Source: Candidatus Polarisedimenticolia bacterium (GTDB taxonomy: Bacteria > Acidobacteriota > Polarisedimenticolia > Gp22-AA2 > AA152). Taken from it: a stretch of 64,000 nucleotides of DNA. The stretch covers positions 45,772-109,771 of the forward strand of contig DASYRE010000026.1 in assembly GCA_036004685.1 (NCBI GenBank). The letters run 5' to 3'. The position numbers and the translations under genes were made by a program. The notes below the pieces were generated by a model. The model had not been told where the DNA came from, searched no databases, and was given only the letters and a program-made list of their open reading frames with translations. Shown in pieces: positions 9,084 to 18,854 of the stretch (the stretch's first letter is position 1; every line of letters begins with the position of its first letter).

Positions 9084-10901
9084 ATGACGCCTCGCGGGCG
9101 CCGGGCGCGGCTGATCGCGGCCCTCGGCTGCCTGGTTGCCGTCGCCGCGCTGCCGCCGGCCGCCGTCGCGGCCGAACTCTCCGTCGATCTCGCCTCGGCC
9201 CGCCGATTGTTCCAGAAGAACCTCGACGCGATCCGGCACCGGGATCGGAGCGCCTATCTCGCCTGCTATCTCAACGGCAAGACGCTGGCCCGGACGGGGC
9301 CCGACGGGATCCAGCTCGGGTTCGCAGAGCTGGCGCGCGAGGCGGGGAAAGGATGGCCCGATCGTTTCGAGGGACTCGATCTGCAGCTCGTGCCGATCCG
9401 CCCGGGCCTGGTCTACGGCACCTACCGCTACCGGGTCCGTTACGGCGCGCGCGAGGAGTCGGGCCTCTCGGAGCGCCTGTTCGTGGAAACGGAGAAGGGA
9501 TGGAAGATCGCCGTGACGACGGCGTTCCCCGCGGCCGCCGGCACGCCGCCCCCGCCGCGGGCCCTCGTCGGCGCGACCTTGGTCGATGGCACGGGCGGGA
9601 GCCCGGTGGCCGATGCGACCGTGATCCTGCGCGGCGGCAAGATCGATTGCGCCGGGAGCAGGGCCCGATGCCTCGTTCCGGACGGCCTCGAGACGCTCGA
9701 CGTTTCGGGCAAGTGGATCACGCCCGGCCTGATCGACGCTCACGTCCACTTCGCCCAGACCGGCTGGGTCGACGGGCGCCCCGACGCGATCGACGTCCGC
9801 AAGGATTATCCGTACGAGGAGGTCGAGGCCGGGCTAGAGGCCCATCCGGAGCGCTTCTTCCGGGCGTTCCTGTGCTCGGGCGTCACCGCGGTCTTCGACG
9901 TCGGCGGCTATCCCTGGAGCTGGGATCTGCGCGGCCGGGCCGCGGCCGATCCACTGGCGCCACGCGTCGCGGCTGCCGGGCCGCTGCTCTCCACCTGGGA
10001 CTTCTGGCTGAACCTCCCGGGAGAGCGGCAGTTCCTCTACCTGGGCGGGGAGGAAGACGCGCGGCAAGACGTCCGCTACCTCAAAGCGCGCGACACCGAC
10101 GCCGTCAAGGTCTGGTTCATTCCGGTCGAGAGCCGGAAGTTCGAGGAGATGGAGAAGGTGGTGCAGGCCGCCGGGGAGGAGGCGCGCCGGCTGCGGGTTC
10201 CTCTCATCGTCCACGCCACGGGGCTGCGCGAGGCGAAAGCGGCGCTGCGCGCCGGGGCCAGCCTTCTCGTCCACAGCGTCGGCGACCTCCCGGTCGACGA
10301 GGAATTCCTGGCGCTGGCCCGCAAGAATAAGGTGGTCTACTGCCCGACGCTGGTGGTGGTCGACGGTTACCGGCGGCTGCAGGAGGCGGCCGCGGCGCAC
10401 CGGCGGCCCGACGTCGACGATCCGAACGGCTGCGTCGATCCCGGGATCGTGGCGCGTCTCGCCAAGACGGCCGATCTGAAAGCCCCGGCACCCGATCCGG
10501 CCGTCGCGGAACGCCGGCGGGCCCGGTTCCAGACCTTCGCCGAGCAGGCGCCGCGCAACCTCCTCAAGGTGCACGACGCGGGGATCGCCATCGCCATGGG
10601 GACCGACGCCGGCAACCCCCTGACGCTCCACGGCCCTTCGGTATACGCCGAGATGGAAGCGATGCAGGCGGCCGGCCTGGCGCCGATGGACGTGATCGTC
10701 GCCTCCACCCGAGGCGGGGCGCGGGCGATGGGACGGTCGGCGGAGATCGGAACGCTCGAGAAGGGAAAGAGCGCCGACCTGCTCGTCCTGGACGCCGACC
10801 CGACGCAGGATGTTATGGCCTTTCGGCGGCTGCGCTACGTGGTCCGGGGCGGCGTCGTCCGGACTCCCGAGGAATTGAGGCCCGCCAAGCCCGCCCGCTG
10901 A
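9084..10901 (+). CDS. secreted amidohydrolase family protein with N-terminal SnoaL/NTF2-like domain
   Basis: Signal peptide (LIAALGCLVAVAALPPAAVAA). Metal-dependent hydrolase motif GLIDAHVHF and a C-terminal amidohydrolase region. Confidence 0.7.
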   Translation: MTPRGRRARLIAALGCLVAVAALPPAAVAAELSVDLASARRLFQKNLDAIRHRDRSAYLACYLNGKTLARTGPDGIQLGFAELAREAGKGWPDRFEGLDLQLVPIRPGLVYGTYRYRVRYGAREESGLSERLFVETEKGWKIAVTTAFPAAAGTPPPPRALVGATLVDGTGGSPVADATVILRGGKIDCAGSRARCLVPDGLETLDVSGKWITPGLIDAHVHFAQTGWVDGRPDAIDVRKDYPYEEVEAGLEAHPERFFRAFLCSGVTAVFDVGGYPWSWDLRGRAAADPLAPRVAAAGPLLSTWDFWLNLPGERQFLYLGGEEDARQDVRYLKARDTDAVKVWFIPVESRKFEEMEKVVQAAGEEARRLRVPLIVHATGLREAKAALRAGASLLVHSVGDLPVDEEFLALARKNKVVYCPTLVVVDGYRRLQEAAAAHRRPDVDDPNGCVDPGIVARLAKTADLKAPAPDPAVAERRRARFQTFAEQAPRNLLKVHDAGIAIAMGTDAGNPLTLHGPSVYAEMEAMQAAGLAPMDVIVASTRGGARAMGRSAEIGTLEKGKSADLLVLDADPTQDVMAFRRLRYVVRGGVVRTPEELRPAKPAR

Positions 10902-11002
10902 GCTCTCCCCCGAGCTCGTCTCCGATTCCAAGAGAGCGGCGTCGAGTTAGACCGCTTCTCCGAACCTTCGTCGGCCCAATGTCGGGACACAAATCAATTT
11001 GA

Positions 11003-11218
11003 CATCGAGATCGGCGAGACGCCCGGATGGCAAGGCGCCCGAACGCATACCCAGGACCCTACGCCGGCGAGGCGCAGGCAGCAGTGTCGCGTCTCCCAAA
11101 GGACGTTGGCATCGAGGCCGTCGAGGCGCCCGGATGGCAAGACGCGCCGAAGCGCCGCGTACTCAGGGCGGTCCGCAAGCGAGGCGCAATGCGGCGAGCC
11201 GGGATGGATCGACGGCCT
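11003..11218. repeat. imperfect ~45-nt direct repeats (2.5 copies, ~107-bp period) in a convergent intergenic region
   Basis: CATCGAGATCGGCGAGACGCCCGGATGGCAAGGCGCCCGAACGC at 11003-11046 recurs as CATCGAGGCCGTCGAGGCGCCCGGATGGCAAGACGCGCCGAAGCGC at 11110-11155. A partial third copy GCGAGCCGGGATGGATCGACGG lies at ~11192. Confidence 0.45.
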
Positions 11219-12765
11219 CAGCGGTGGCTTGCGAGGATGGCCGCGGCGGCGAGCGAGCCCGGACCGCCGGTGATCCCGCCGCCGGGATGGGTGCCGCTGC
11301 CGCACAGGATGAGGCCCGGCAACGGGGTCAGGTGACGCGAGCAGGAGGCGGCGGGCCGCAGGGAGAACATCTGGTCGAGGCCATGCTCGCCGTGGTGGAT
11401 GTGTCCCTCCGTCAGGCCGTAGCGGGACTCGAGATCGGCCGGGGAGAGGACTTCGCCACTGAGGATGCGCTCCGGAAGCGTCGGGGCGTAGACCGCCAGG
11501 GTTTGCACGACGTGGTCGGCGAGCGCTTTCTTCCGATCTTCGGTCCATCCCCCTCGAACGTGGTACGGCACGAAGTGCGCCAAGATCGAGACGACGTGGT
11601 TCCCGGAGGGGGCGAGCGACGGCTCGGAGAGCGACGGGACGCGGACGTCGAGGATGGGCCGCGCCGGATATTCCCCGTACTTCACCGGATCGAAGGCGCG
11701 CTCCAGATCGTCCAGCTCCTCCCCGGTCCGGATCGCCTCGAACACTCCGCCCGGCCGGCCGGCGAAATCGAGAGGACCGCTCAGGGCGAGGTTCACCTTG
11801 GCGGTCGTTCCGCGGCAGCGCCAGTGGCGGATCGCTTCCTCGATCTCCGCCGGAAGGTCGCGCGGCGCGATCATCTCGAAGAAGGTCCTCTTGGGATCGC
11901 ACGAGGAGAGGACGCCCAGCGCGTCGATCCGCTCTCCGCCCTCCAGCTCGACGCCGCGGACTTTTCCCCCTTCCACCAGAATCCGGCGGACCGGGGAGGA
12001 GGTCCGGATCTCCGCCCCGTGGGCGCGGCACGACTCCTCCAGAGCGCGGGTCAGGACCGCCGCCCCGCCGCGGATCTCGCGTCCCGTGAGCGCTTCGTGC
12101 AGGAGCAGATTGGCGGCGCTGCCGGCCGACCAGGGACCCAGCCAGGTGCCGGCGACCGACTCTCCGGCGAGGCCCGCCCTCAGGAGCTTGGTCTCGAACC
12201 ACTCGCCCACGTAGTCGCCCACGCACATCGGCAGGACGCGCAGGACGTCGAGCATCTCGTCTTCCGAGAGGCGGCGCAGCGCCAGCCCGCGGCGCGCCAG
12301 GTCCCAGAGATCTCCCAGCCCCTGCGCTCCGAGCTTGGGAGCGGGCTCGTCCTGCAGGCGGGCCAGGAAGTTCCGGATGCGCCCGAGGAAACCGCGCCAG
12401 GCCCGGTACCGGTCGGCGTCCCGCCGCGAGAACGCCGCGATCTCCGGCTCGGCCCGCGCCGGATCGCGGTAGAGGAGCAGGCCCCGCCCGGCGGCCTGCG
12501 GAAAGTAGACCGGCACCTCGTCGTCGCGCCAGACGAGGCCGTGGCGCTCGAGCTGCAGCAGCTCGGCCACCTGGGGACGGAAGGAGGCGGTGTCGTGGAG
12601 CAGGCCGGGGGTGCGGAAGCCGGGCCGGAATTCCTCCAGGGCGCCGAGGCCGCCGAGGACGTCGCGGCGCTCGACGACCAGGAGCTTGCGCCCGTTCTTG
12701 GCGAGCAGCGCCGCCGCCACCAGTCCGTTGTGGCCCCCGCCGATGACGATGAAGTCGTAGCCCAT
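11218..12765 (-). CDS. FAD-dependent oxidoreductase, phytoene desaturase (CrtI) family
   Basis: N-terminal Rossmann motif MGYDFIVIGGGHNGLVAAALLA with ERRDVLGG, CrtI-like length (515 aa). ATG 12765 with RBS GAAGGAAAG. The upstream part of track ORF 11218..14115 is the neighbouring gene read out of frame. Confidence 0.75.
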   Translation of the reverse strand: MGYDFIVIGGGHNGLVAAALLAKNGRKLLVVERRDVLGGLGALEEFRPGFRTPGLLHDTASFRPQVAELLQLERHGLVWRDDEVPVYFPQAAGRGLLLYRDPARAEPEIAAFSRRDADRYRAWRGFLGRIRNFLARLQDEPAPKLGAQGLGDLWDLARRGLALRRLSEDEMLDVLRVLPMCVGDYVGEWFETKLLRAGLAGESVAGTWLGPWSAGSAANLLLHEALTGREIRGGAAVLTRALEESCRAHGAEIRTSSPVRRILVEGGKVRGVELEGGERIDALGVLSSCDPKRTFFEMIAPRDLPAEIEEAIRHWRCRGTTAKVNLALSGPLDFAGRPGGVFEAIRTGEELDDLERAFDPVKYGEYPARPILDVRVPSLSEPSLAPSGNHVVSILAHFVPYHVRGGWTEDRKKALADHVVQTLAVYAPTLPERILSGEVLSPADLESRYGLTEGHIHHGEHGLDQMFSLRPAASCSRHLTPLPGLILCGSGTHPGGGITGGPGSLAAAAILASHR

Positions 12766-12779
12766 GGCTTGGCTTTCCT

Positions 12780-14369
12780 TCAGACGGACCGCGAGCTGAG
12801 GATGTCGCGCGCCGCGTTGGCGCCCGGCGCCCCCATGATCCCGCCGCCCGGATGCACCGCGGAGCCGCACATCCAGAGCTTCGGCACCGGCGTCCGGTAA
12901 CGCGCCCATTTCGGTGCGGGGCGCAGGAAGAAGAGCTGCTCGAGACTCAGCTCTCCCTGGAAGATGTTCCCTTCGCTCAGCCCGGTCTGCTGCTCGATGT
13001 CCCAGGGAGTCAGGACCTGCCGGTGAAGGATCGCCTCCTTCAGGCCCGGGCAGTATTCGGCGAGCGTGTCGATGACCGTGTCGCCCCAGGCCTCGCGCTT
13101 GCCGGGCCAGGCGGCGGCCCCCTCCTTGAGGTGATACGGGGCGTACTGGACGAAGATCGACATGACGTGCTTGCCGGGAGGGGCGACCGAGGGATCGACG
13201 AGCGACGGGATCACTACGTTGAGGTAGGGGCGCTTCGAGTACTCGCCATATTTCGCCTCGTCGTAGGCGCGCTCCAGGTACTCGATGCTGGGCGAGATGG
13301 CGATGTCGCCCCGCAGGTGCGGCCCGATCCCGGGGCGCGACACGAACTCGGGAAGGCGATCGAGCGCCAGATTCACTTTCCCGGAGCTGCCGCGCAGCTT
13401 GTAGCGGCGAATCGACTCCACGAACTGCGGGTCGAGCCCCTCGGCGCCCACCAGCTTCAGGAAGGTGCGGCGCGGATCCATGCTGGAGATGACGATCTTC
13501 GAGCGGATCTCCTCGCCCCCCTCGAGGACGACGCCGGCGGCAGAGCCGCCGTTCATGAGGACCCGCTCCACCGGCGCCTCCGTCCGGATCTCGGCGCCGA
13601 GGTGCCGCGCGGCGTCGCCGATGGCGGCGCTCAGCGCGCCGGTGCCCCCCTTGCAGAACCCCCACGATCGGAAGGCGCCGTCGATCTCCCCCATGTAATG
13701 ATGCAGCAGGACGTAGGCCGTCCCCGGGGAGCGGACCCCCAGGAACGTGCCGATGATGCCGCTCACCGACATGGTCGCCTTCAGGACGTCGGATTCGAAC
13801 CATTGATCCAGGAAGTCGACGGCGCTCATCGTGAACATCTTGATCTTGCGGACCCGCTCCTCCTCGCTCAGGGCGCCGAAGCGCCTTCCGAGCTTCAGCA
13901 GCTCCCACAGCTCGCGCGGGTTCTTCGAGGTCGGATCGGGCGGCGTCATCGCCAGGATCGGCTTCACGAAGCGCCCCATCTGCATCATCGCCTGCCCGTA
14001 GGAGGGATAGATCTCGGCGTCCCGCCGGCTGAAGCGCTCGATCTCGCGGCGCGTCTGCTCGGGATCGGACCAGCGGCACAGGGAGTTCCCGTCGGGGAGG
14101 GGAGTGAAGGCGCACTCCAGCGGGATGATCTGCAATCCGAAGCGCGGCAGATCGAGGTCGCGGATGATCTCGGGGCGCAGCAGGCTCACGACGTAAGAGA
14201 AGACCGAGAAGCGGAATCCCGGGTGGATCTCCTCGCTCACCGCCGCGCCGCCGAGGACGTGGCGCCGCTCGACGACCAGGACCTTCCTCCCGGCGCGCGC
14301 CAGATAGGCGGCGCAGACGAGCCCGTTGTGGCCGCCTCCCACCACGATCGCGTCGTAGACCTTCGCCAT
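12780..14369 (-). CDS. FAD-dependent oxidoreductase, phytoene desaturase (CrtI) family (paralog)
   Basis: MAKVYDAIVVGGGHNGLVCAAYLA dinucleotide-binding motif. Collinear similarity to the downstream paralog throughout. ATG 14369 shares an A with the TGA stop of the GcvT-like gene (TGATG). Confidence 0.75.
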   Translation of the reverse strand: MAKVYDAIVVGGGHNGLVCAAYLARAGRKVLVVERRHVLGGAAVSEEIHPGFRFSVFSYVVSLLRPEIIRDLDLPRFGLQIIPLECAFTPLPDGNSLCRWSDPEQTRREIERFSRRDAEIYPSYGQAMMQMGRFVKPILAMTPPDPTSKNPRELWELLKLGRRFGALSEEERVRKIKMFTMSAVDFLDQWFESDVLKATMSVSGIIGTFLGVRSPGTAYVLLHHYMGEIDGAFRSWGFCKGGTGALSAAIGDAARHLGAEIRTEAPVERVLMNGGSAAGVVLEGGEEIRSKIVISSMDPRRTFLKLVGAEGLDPQFVESIRRYKLRGSSGKVNLALDRLPEFVSRPGIGPHLRGDIAISPSIEYLERAYDEAKYGEYSKRPYLNVVIPSLVDPSVAPPGKHVMSIFVQYAPYHLKEGAAAWPGKREAWGDTVIDTLAEYCPGLKEAILHRQVLTPWDIEQQTGLSEGNIFQGELSLEQLFFLRPAPKWARYRTPVPKLWMCGSAVHPGGGIMGAPGANAARDILSSRSV

Positions 14370-15559
14370 CAGGCCCGCTTCCTTTCGGGGTCGAAGAACG
14401 GGCGCTTCACGACCGTCGCGGTCACGGTGCGCCGCTCGTATTCGGCGGTGTGCTCGATCTGGAAGCGCGTGCCGGGCTCGGCGTAGCGCGCCTCGACCGT
14501 GGCGAGCGCCAGGTTCTTCTTGAGCATCGGCGACCAGGTGCCGCTCGTGGCGCGCCCGATCTGGCGCCGGCCGTCGTAGACCGGGACAGCGGTCCTCCAG
14601 GCGGTGGCGGGAAGGTGCGGAGGCAGCGCATGCTCCTCGTAGAGCCGCTCCAGCTCCTCCCACGAGATCTCCAGCCCGACCATCGCCCACTTCGAGCCGC
14701 GCTCCTTCTCGGCCTTCAGCGCCTGCTGTCCCACGAACGGCTCGCGGTCCAGGTCCACCGTCCATCCGAGCCCCACTTCGAAGGCCGAGGACTTCCGCGA
14801 CTCAATCGGGCAGCGCGTGGCGCTGTGATAATCGACCCCCTGGAGAATGAATCCCGCCTCGACGCGCGTCACGTCGAGGGCGTCGAGCGCCGCCGGCACC
14901 AGGCCGTAGGGAGCCCCGGCTTCGAGCAGGGAGTCCCACACCGCCACGGCGTCTTCGGCTCTCATCCAGACCTCGTATCCCAGATCGCCGGTGTAGCCGG
15001 TCCGGGAAATCTCGACCGGAATCGCGCCGATGCGGGCGGCCGCGACGCGGAAAAAGCGCAGCGCTCCGACGCCGTCGCCGCCGCAGGCCGCCTTGAGGAC
15101 GTCGCGCGAGGTGGGCCCCTGGACGGCGAGCGCCGCGGTCGTCTCGGAATGATCCTCGATCGCCACCCGGAAGCCGCGCGAGTGCTCCTGCAGCCAGCGC
15201 AGGCTCGGGCTGGCGGAGGTGACGCGGTACGTCCGGTCCGCCAGGCGCGCCGCGGTGCCGTCGTCGATCACCTTCCCCTGGCCATCGCACAGGCAGAAGT
15301 AGGAGACTTGTCCCACTTTGATCTTGCGGAGATCGCGCGACGCCACGTGGGCCAGGAAGTCGGCGGCGTCCTCGCCCGTGACGACGTACTTGAACAGCGG
15401 CGACACGTCGAGCATCCCGGCGGCGTGCCGGAAGGCGAAGTACTCGCGATCGTGGTTCGTGTCGTAGGAGCAGACGGCGCAATAGCCGGCCCAGTCCTTC
15501 CAGCGGTGACTCACGCACAAGGGAGCAGTGCGCGGGTGGAACGGAGTCGGGACGGGCAT
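14369..15559 (-). CDS. aminomethyltransferase (glycine-cleavage T protein, GcvT) family folate-binding protein
   Basis: 396 aa, two-domain GcvT-like architecture (GYTGDLGYEVW motif). Translationally coupled to the downstream flavoprotein. Confidence 0.75.
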   Translation of the reverse strand: MPVPTPFHPRTAPLCVSHRWKDWAGYCAVCSYDTNHDREYFAFRHAAGMLDVSPLFKYVVTGEDAADFLAHVASRDLRKIKVGQVSYFCLCDGQGKVIDDGTAARLADRTYRVTSASPSLRWLQEHSRGFRVAIEDHSETTAALAVQGPTSRDVLKAACGGDGVGALRFFRVAAARIGAIPVEISRTGYTGDLGYEVWMRAEDAVAVWDSLLEAGAPYGLVPAALDALDVTRVEAGFILQGVDYHSATRCPIESRKSSAFEVGLGWTVDLDREPFVGQQALKAEKERGSKWAMVGLEISWEELERLYEEHALPPHLPATAWRTAVPVYDGRRQIGRATSGTWSPMLKKNLALATVEARYAEPGTRFQIEHTAEYERRTVTATVVKRPFFDPERKRA

Positions 15560-15629
15560 GACGAGACAGCTCTCCGAAGCGCCGTGACGCGATGATGGCC
15601 TGAATTCGATGGGGCTCAGAGGCGCGTCA

Positions 15630-17661
15630 TTATACTGCAGGCGCGCGCGGGCCGGGGCCGCCGTCCAGCTCGACCTGCACCCGGGCGTCGTTGAAGCAGG
15701 CTCCGCCTCCCAGATCGGTCAGGGTGTCGGGGGCCAGGGCGTTGGCGGTCGCGCCGTTGAGGGTGTGGCGGCTCCAGAGCCCCTTGGGAAGAAAGACGAC
15801 CCCCTCGCGAAGGCCGGCGTTGATGCGGGCGTGGCAGCGAACTTCTCCCAGGGCGTTGAACACCCGCACCCTGCCGCCGTCGGAAATCCCGCGGAACCGG
15901 GCGTCGGCCGGGCTGATCTCGAGCGGCACGGGGTGCCGGTGCAGCTGCCCGAGGGTCGAGCTGATCGTCCGCGACGTGGCGGGGGAGATCAGGGCGAGCG
16001 GGTAATCCCGGGTGGCCGGATCCTCCCGGTAGGCGTAAAGCCCGCCGGGCGCCTCGCGGTCCAGCTCCGCCGGGAAGAGATGCGCCTTGCGGTCCGCGGT
16101 GAGCGGGAAGGAATCCTTGAACTGGATCGGCTCCGGCCCCGCCTCGGGCTGCGCCACGCCCTCCCGATCCAGCTCGCGGCGGAAGCGATCTCCCTGAGGA
16201 TGCGCCGCGAGGATGGCGCGGCTGATCGCCTCGTCCGTCTCCGGATCCCCGGGGCGGCTCACGCCCGTCAGGCGGCAGAGCTCGGCGAACACCTCGTGGT
16301 TCGAGCGCGACTCTCCCACCGGCGAGATCACCGCTCCGGCTTCCTGGAGGACCATCGCCCCATAACCGCGGCTCAGCTCCCGGCGCTCCAGGAACGTGGT
16401 GGCCGGCAGGATCACATCGGCGTAGCGCGCCGTGTCGGTCATCACCTGATCGAACACGACGGTGAAGAGATCTTCGCGGCGCAGCCCGGCGCGGACTTTC
16501 TCCTGGCAGGGGAGGGTGGCGAGAGGGTTCGCGTTGTAGACGAACAGGAGATCGACACTCGGGTCGGCGCCCAGCAGGACCTCGCCGACCCGGTTCATAT
16601 TGATCGTCCGGGTGGCCGGCGGCGTGGCAGCGGCCGCCGCAAGGGAATCGAGCTTCCAGATCCCGGAGTTGCTCAGGGTGTAGCCGCCGCCCCGCACAGC
16701 GAATTTTCCCGCCACCGCGGGCAGAGCCAGGATGGCGGCGATCGCCGAGCCGCCGTTGCGGCTGCGCTCCGGGCCCCAGCCGCAACGAATCACCGCGGGG
16801 CTCGACTCGGCGTAGAGGCGCGCCACCGCCTCGAGGTCCTCCGGTCCGATCCCCGCCACCCCGGCCGCCTTGGCGATCGTCCAGGGCGCGGCGCGCCGGC
16901 GCAGCTCCTCGACGCCGGTGGCATGCGCCGCGAGAAAAGCCTGATCGGCGCGATCGTTCTCGAACAGCCAGCGGATCAGGGCGAGGGCGACGGCGAGATC
17001 GGTCCCAGGCCGCAGCGCGAGATGCCGGTCGGCCCCCGCGGCGAGGGGAATCCTGCGGGGATCGACGACGATCAGCTTGGCGCCCCGCCGGCGCGCCTCG
17101 TGGACGAACGGGACGAGATGAATTCCCGACGCCGAGGGGTTCGCCCCCCAAATCACGATCAGCCGCGCGTGGACGTAGTCGTGCAGCGCCACGCCTGCCA
17201 TCCGGCCGTAGAGCCCCTCTGCCGCGGCGCGCGACGGGGCGGCGCAGACGGTGCGCGCCAGGTGCGACGCCCCCAGTCGGAAGAAGAGCCGCGCGTCGGT
17301 GGTGTCCTGCGACAGGAGCCCGTTCGAGCCGCCGTAGGAGAGGGGGAGAATCGACTCGCCGCATTTCTTCCGGGCCTCGCTCATCCGGCCGGCGATCCGC
17401 GCCAGCGCCTCGTCCCAGGAAACCCTCCGGAACCGCGCCTCGCCTTTGGGACCTTCCCGAAAGGCCGGGTGGAGGATCCGCTCCGGCCCATAAAGATGAT
17501 CGGCGAAGCCGCGCACCTTGCCGCAGATGAACGACCGGGTCAGAGGATGGGTCGCTCCGGCATCGATCTCGACCACGCGCCCGCCCTCGACCTTGACCTC
17601 CAGCGCGCAGGCATCGGGGCAATCGAGGGGGCAGATGCTCTTCATCGAGGGGTTTCCCATC
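15630..17661 (-). CDS. molybdopterin (bis-MGD) oxidoreductase family catalytic subunit, cytoplasmic type
   Basis: N-terminal 4Fe-4S Cys cluster MKSICPLDCPDAC, MGD-binding domains, C-terminal MopB domain. The 5' part of track ORF up to 17882 is tRNA-Pro antisense. Start ATG 17661 (alternative 17646). Confidence 0.75.
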
Positions 17662-17785
17662 CCGTTTCCGGGTTCGTCGCCGTTCACCGCGGGAAAAAGC
17701 GAACCGTGAGAGCGAAAGCGTAGCGGTTCCGGCGCGCCCCCGTCAAGACCTCCCGGGCCCCGGGGACGGCGCCGCGCCGCCGTTC

Positions 17786-17815
17786 TTGACGGCGTTCGAC
17801 CGATGGTGCTAAGGT
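17786..17815 (+). promoter_or_regulatory. sigma70-type promoter for tRNA-Pro(CGG): TTGACG-N17/18-(C)TAAGGT
   Basis: -35 TTGACG at 17786-17791. -10 CTAAGG/TAAGGT at 17809-17815. About 25 nt upstream of the tRNA. Confidence 0.45.
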
Positions 17816-17836
17816 TTCCCTTCTTTGAGGATTTCC

Positions 17837-17916
<80 letters not shown>

Positions 17917-17934
17917 TTGTTTTCCTTCCCGCCG

Positions 17935-18204
17935 ATGGCCGTTAAACGCTTCCTGATCCAGGGAATCGTCCAGGGTGTGGGCTTCCGTTATTTTGCCCTG
18001 AGGTCGGCGCGAGGGCTGAGTCTCGCCGGGTACGTGCGGAACCTTCCCGACGGTTCCGTGGAGGCCGTGGCGCGCGGCGAAGCCAAGGGGCTCGCGGCCC
18101 TGGAGGCGGCGTTGCGCCGCGGGCCTCCGGGATCGCGCGTCGACGCGATCGACGTCCAGGACGACGATCGGAACGTTCCCGGCGATGACTTCGTGATTCG
18201 GTGA
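17935..18204 (+). CDS. acyP: acylphosphatase
   Basis: 89 aa. VQGVGFRYF and [12 protein letters not shown] motifs. ATG 17935 chosen within track ORF 17890..18204. Confidence 0.75.
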   Translation: MAVKRFLIQGIVQGVGFRYFALRSARGLSLAGYVRNLPDGSVEAVARGEAKGLAALEAALRRGPPGSRVDAIDVQDDDRNVPGDDFVIR

Positions 18205-18227
18205 GCGCCGTGGAGAAGGGGACGACC

Positions 18228-18746
18228 ATGGAGGAGCGGCTCAAGCAATCGATCCGGAGCGTTCCCGACTTTCCCAAGCCGGGAATTCTCTTCCGCGACA
18301 TCACGCCGGTGCTCTCCGACCCGGCGCTCTTCCGCGACACCATCGAGGAGCTGGCGGCTCCTTTCCGGAACGATCGGATCGCCAAAGTCCTCGGCATCGA
18401 GTCGCGCGGCTTCATCTTCGGCCCGCCGCTGGCGATCCAGCTGGGCGCGGGATTCGTTCCGGCGCGCAAGCGCGGCAAGCTGCCGCGCGAGACGATTCGT
18501 GAGACCTACGCGCTGGAGTACGGCACCGATTCGCTGGAGATCCACCGCGACGCGTTCGCGCCCGGCGAGAGGGTGCTGATCGTGGACGATCTGCTGGCCA
18601 CGGGGGGGACCGCGAGCGGCGCCGCGCGCCTGGCCGAGAAAGTCGGGGCGGAAGTGGTGGGCGCCGCGTTCGTCGTCGAGCTGAAGTTCCTGGACGGCCG
18701 CGCCAAGCTCCCGGGCCGCCGCGTCCACGTCCTGGTCCGCTATTAG
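18228..18746 (+). CDS. apt: adenine phosphoribosyltransferase
   Basis: PRPP-binding motif VLIVDDLLATGGTA. RBS GAGAAGGGGA before ATG 18228. Confidence 0.85.
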   Translation: MEERLKQSIRSVPDFPKPGILFRDITPVLSDPALFRDTIEELAAPFRNDRIAKVLGIESRGFIFGPPLAIQLGAGFVPARKRGKLPRETIRETYALEYGTDSLEIHRDAFAPGERVLIVDDLLATGGTASGAARLAEKVGAEVVGAAFVVELKFLDGRAKLPGRRVHVLVRY

Positions 18747-18752
18747 GTCATT

Positions 18753-18829
18753 CGGGCCTGTAGCTCAGATGGATAGAGCAGGGGATTCCTAATCCCCGCG
18801 TCGGGAGTTCAACTCTCTCCAGGCCCACC
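18753..18829 (+). tRNA. tRNA-Arg (anticodon CCU)
   Basis: GGGCCTGTAGCTCAGATGGATAGAGC... Anticodon stem GGGGA/UCCCC with loop UUCCUAA gives anticodon CCU. T-arm GGTTCAACTCT, CCA encoded. 6 nt after the apt stop. Confidence 0.85.
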
Positions 18830-18854
18830 AGTCCTCGAAGGAGACGACATCGCC

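Noticed and set aside
11218-14115. 965-aa minus-strand ORF read as one gene
   Set aside because: It is two genes. Upstream of ATG 12765 the frame is the out-of-phase reading of the second CrtI-like gene, which is in a different frame (12780..14369) with its own Rossmann N-terminus.
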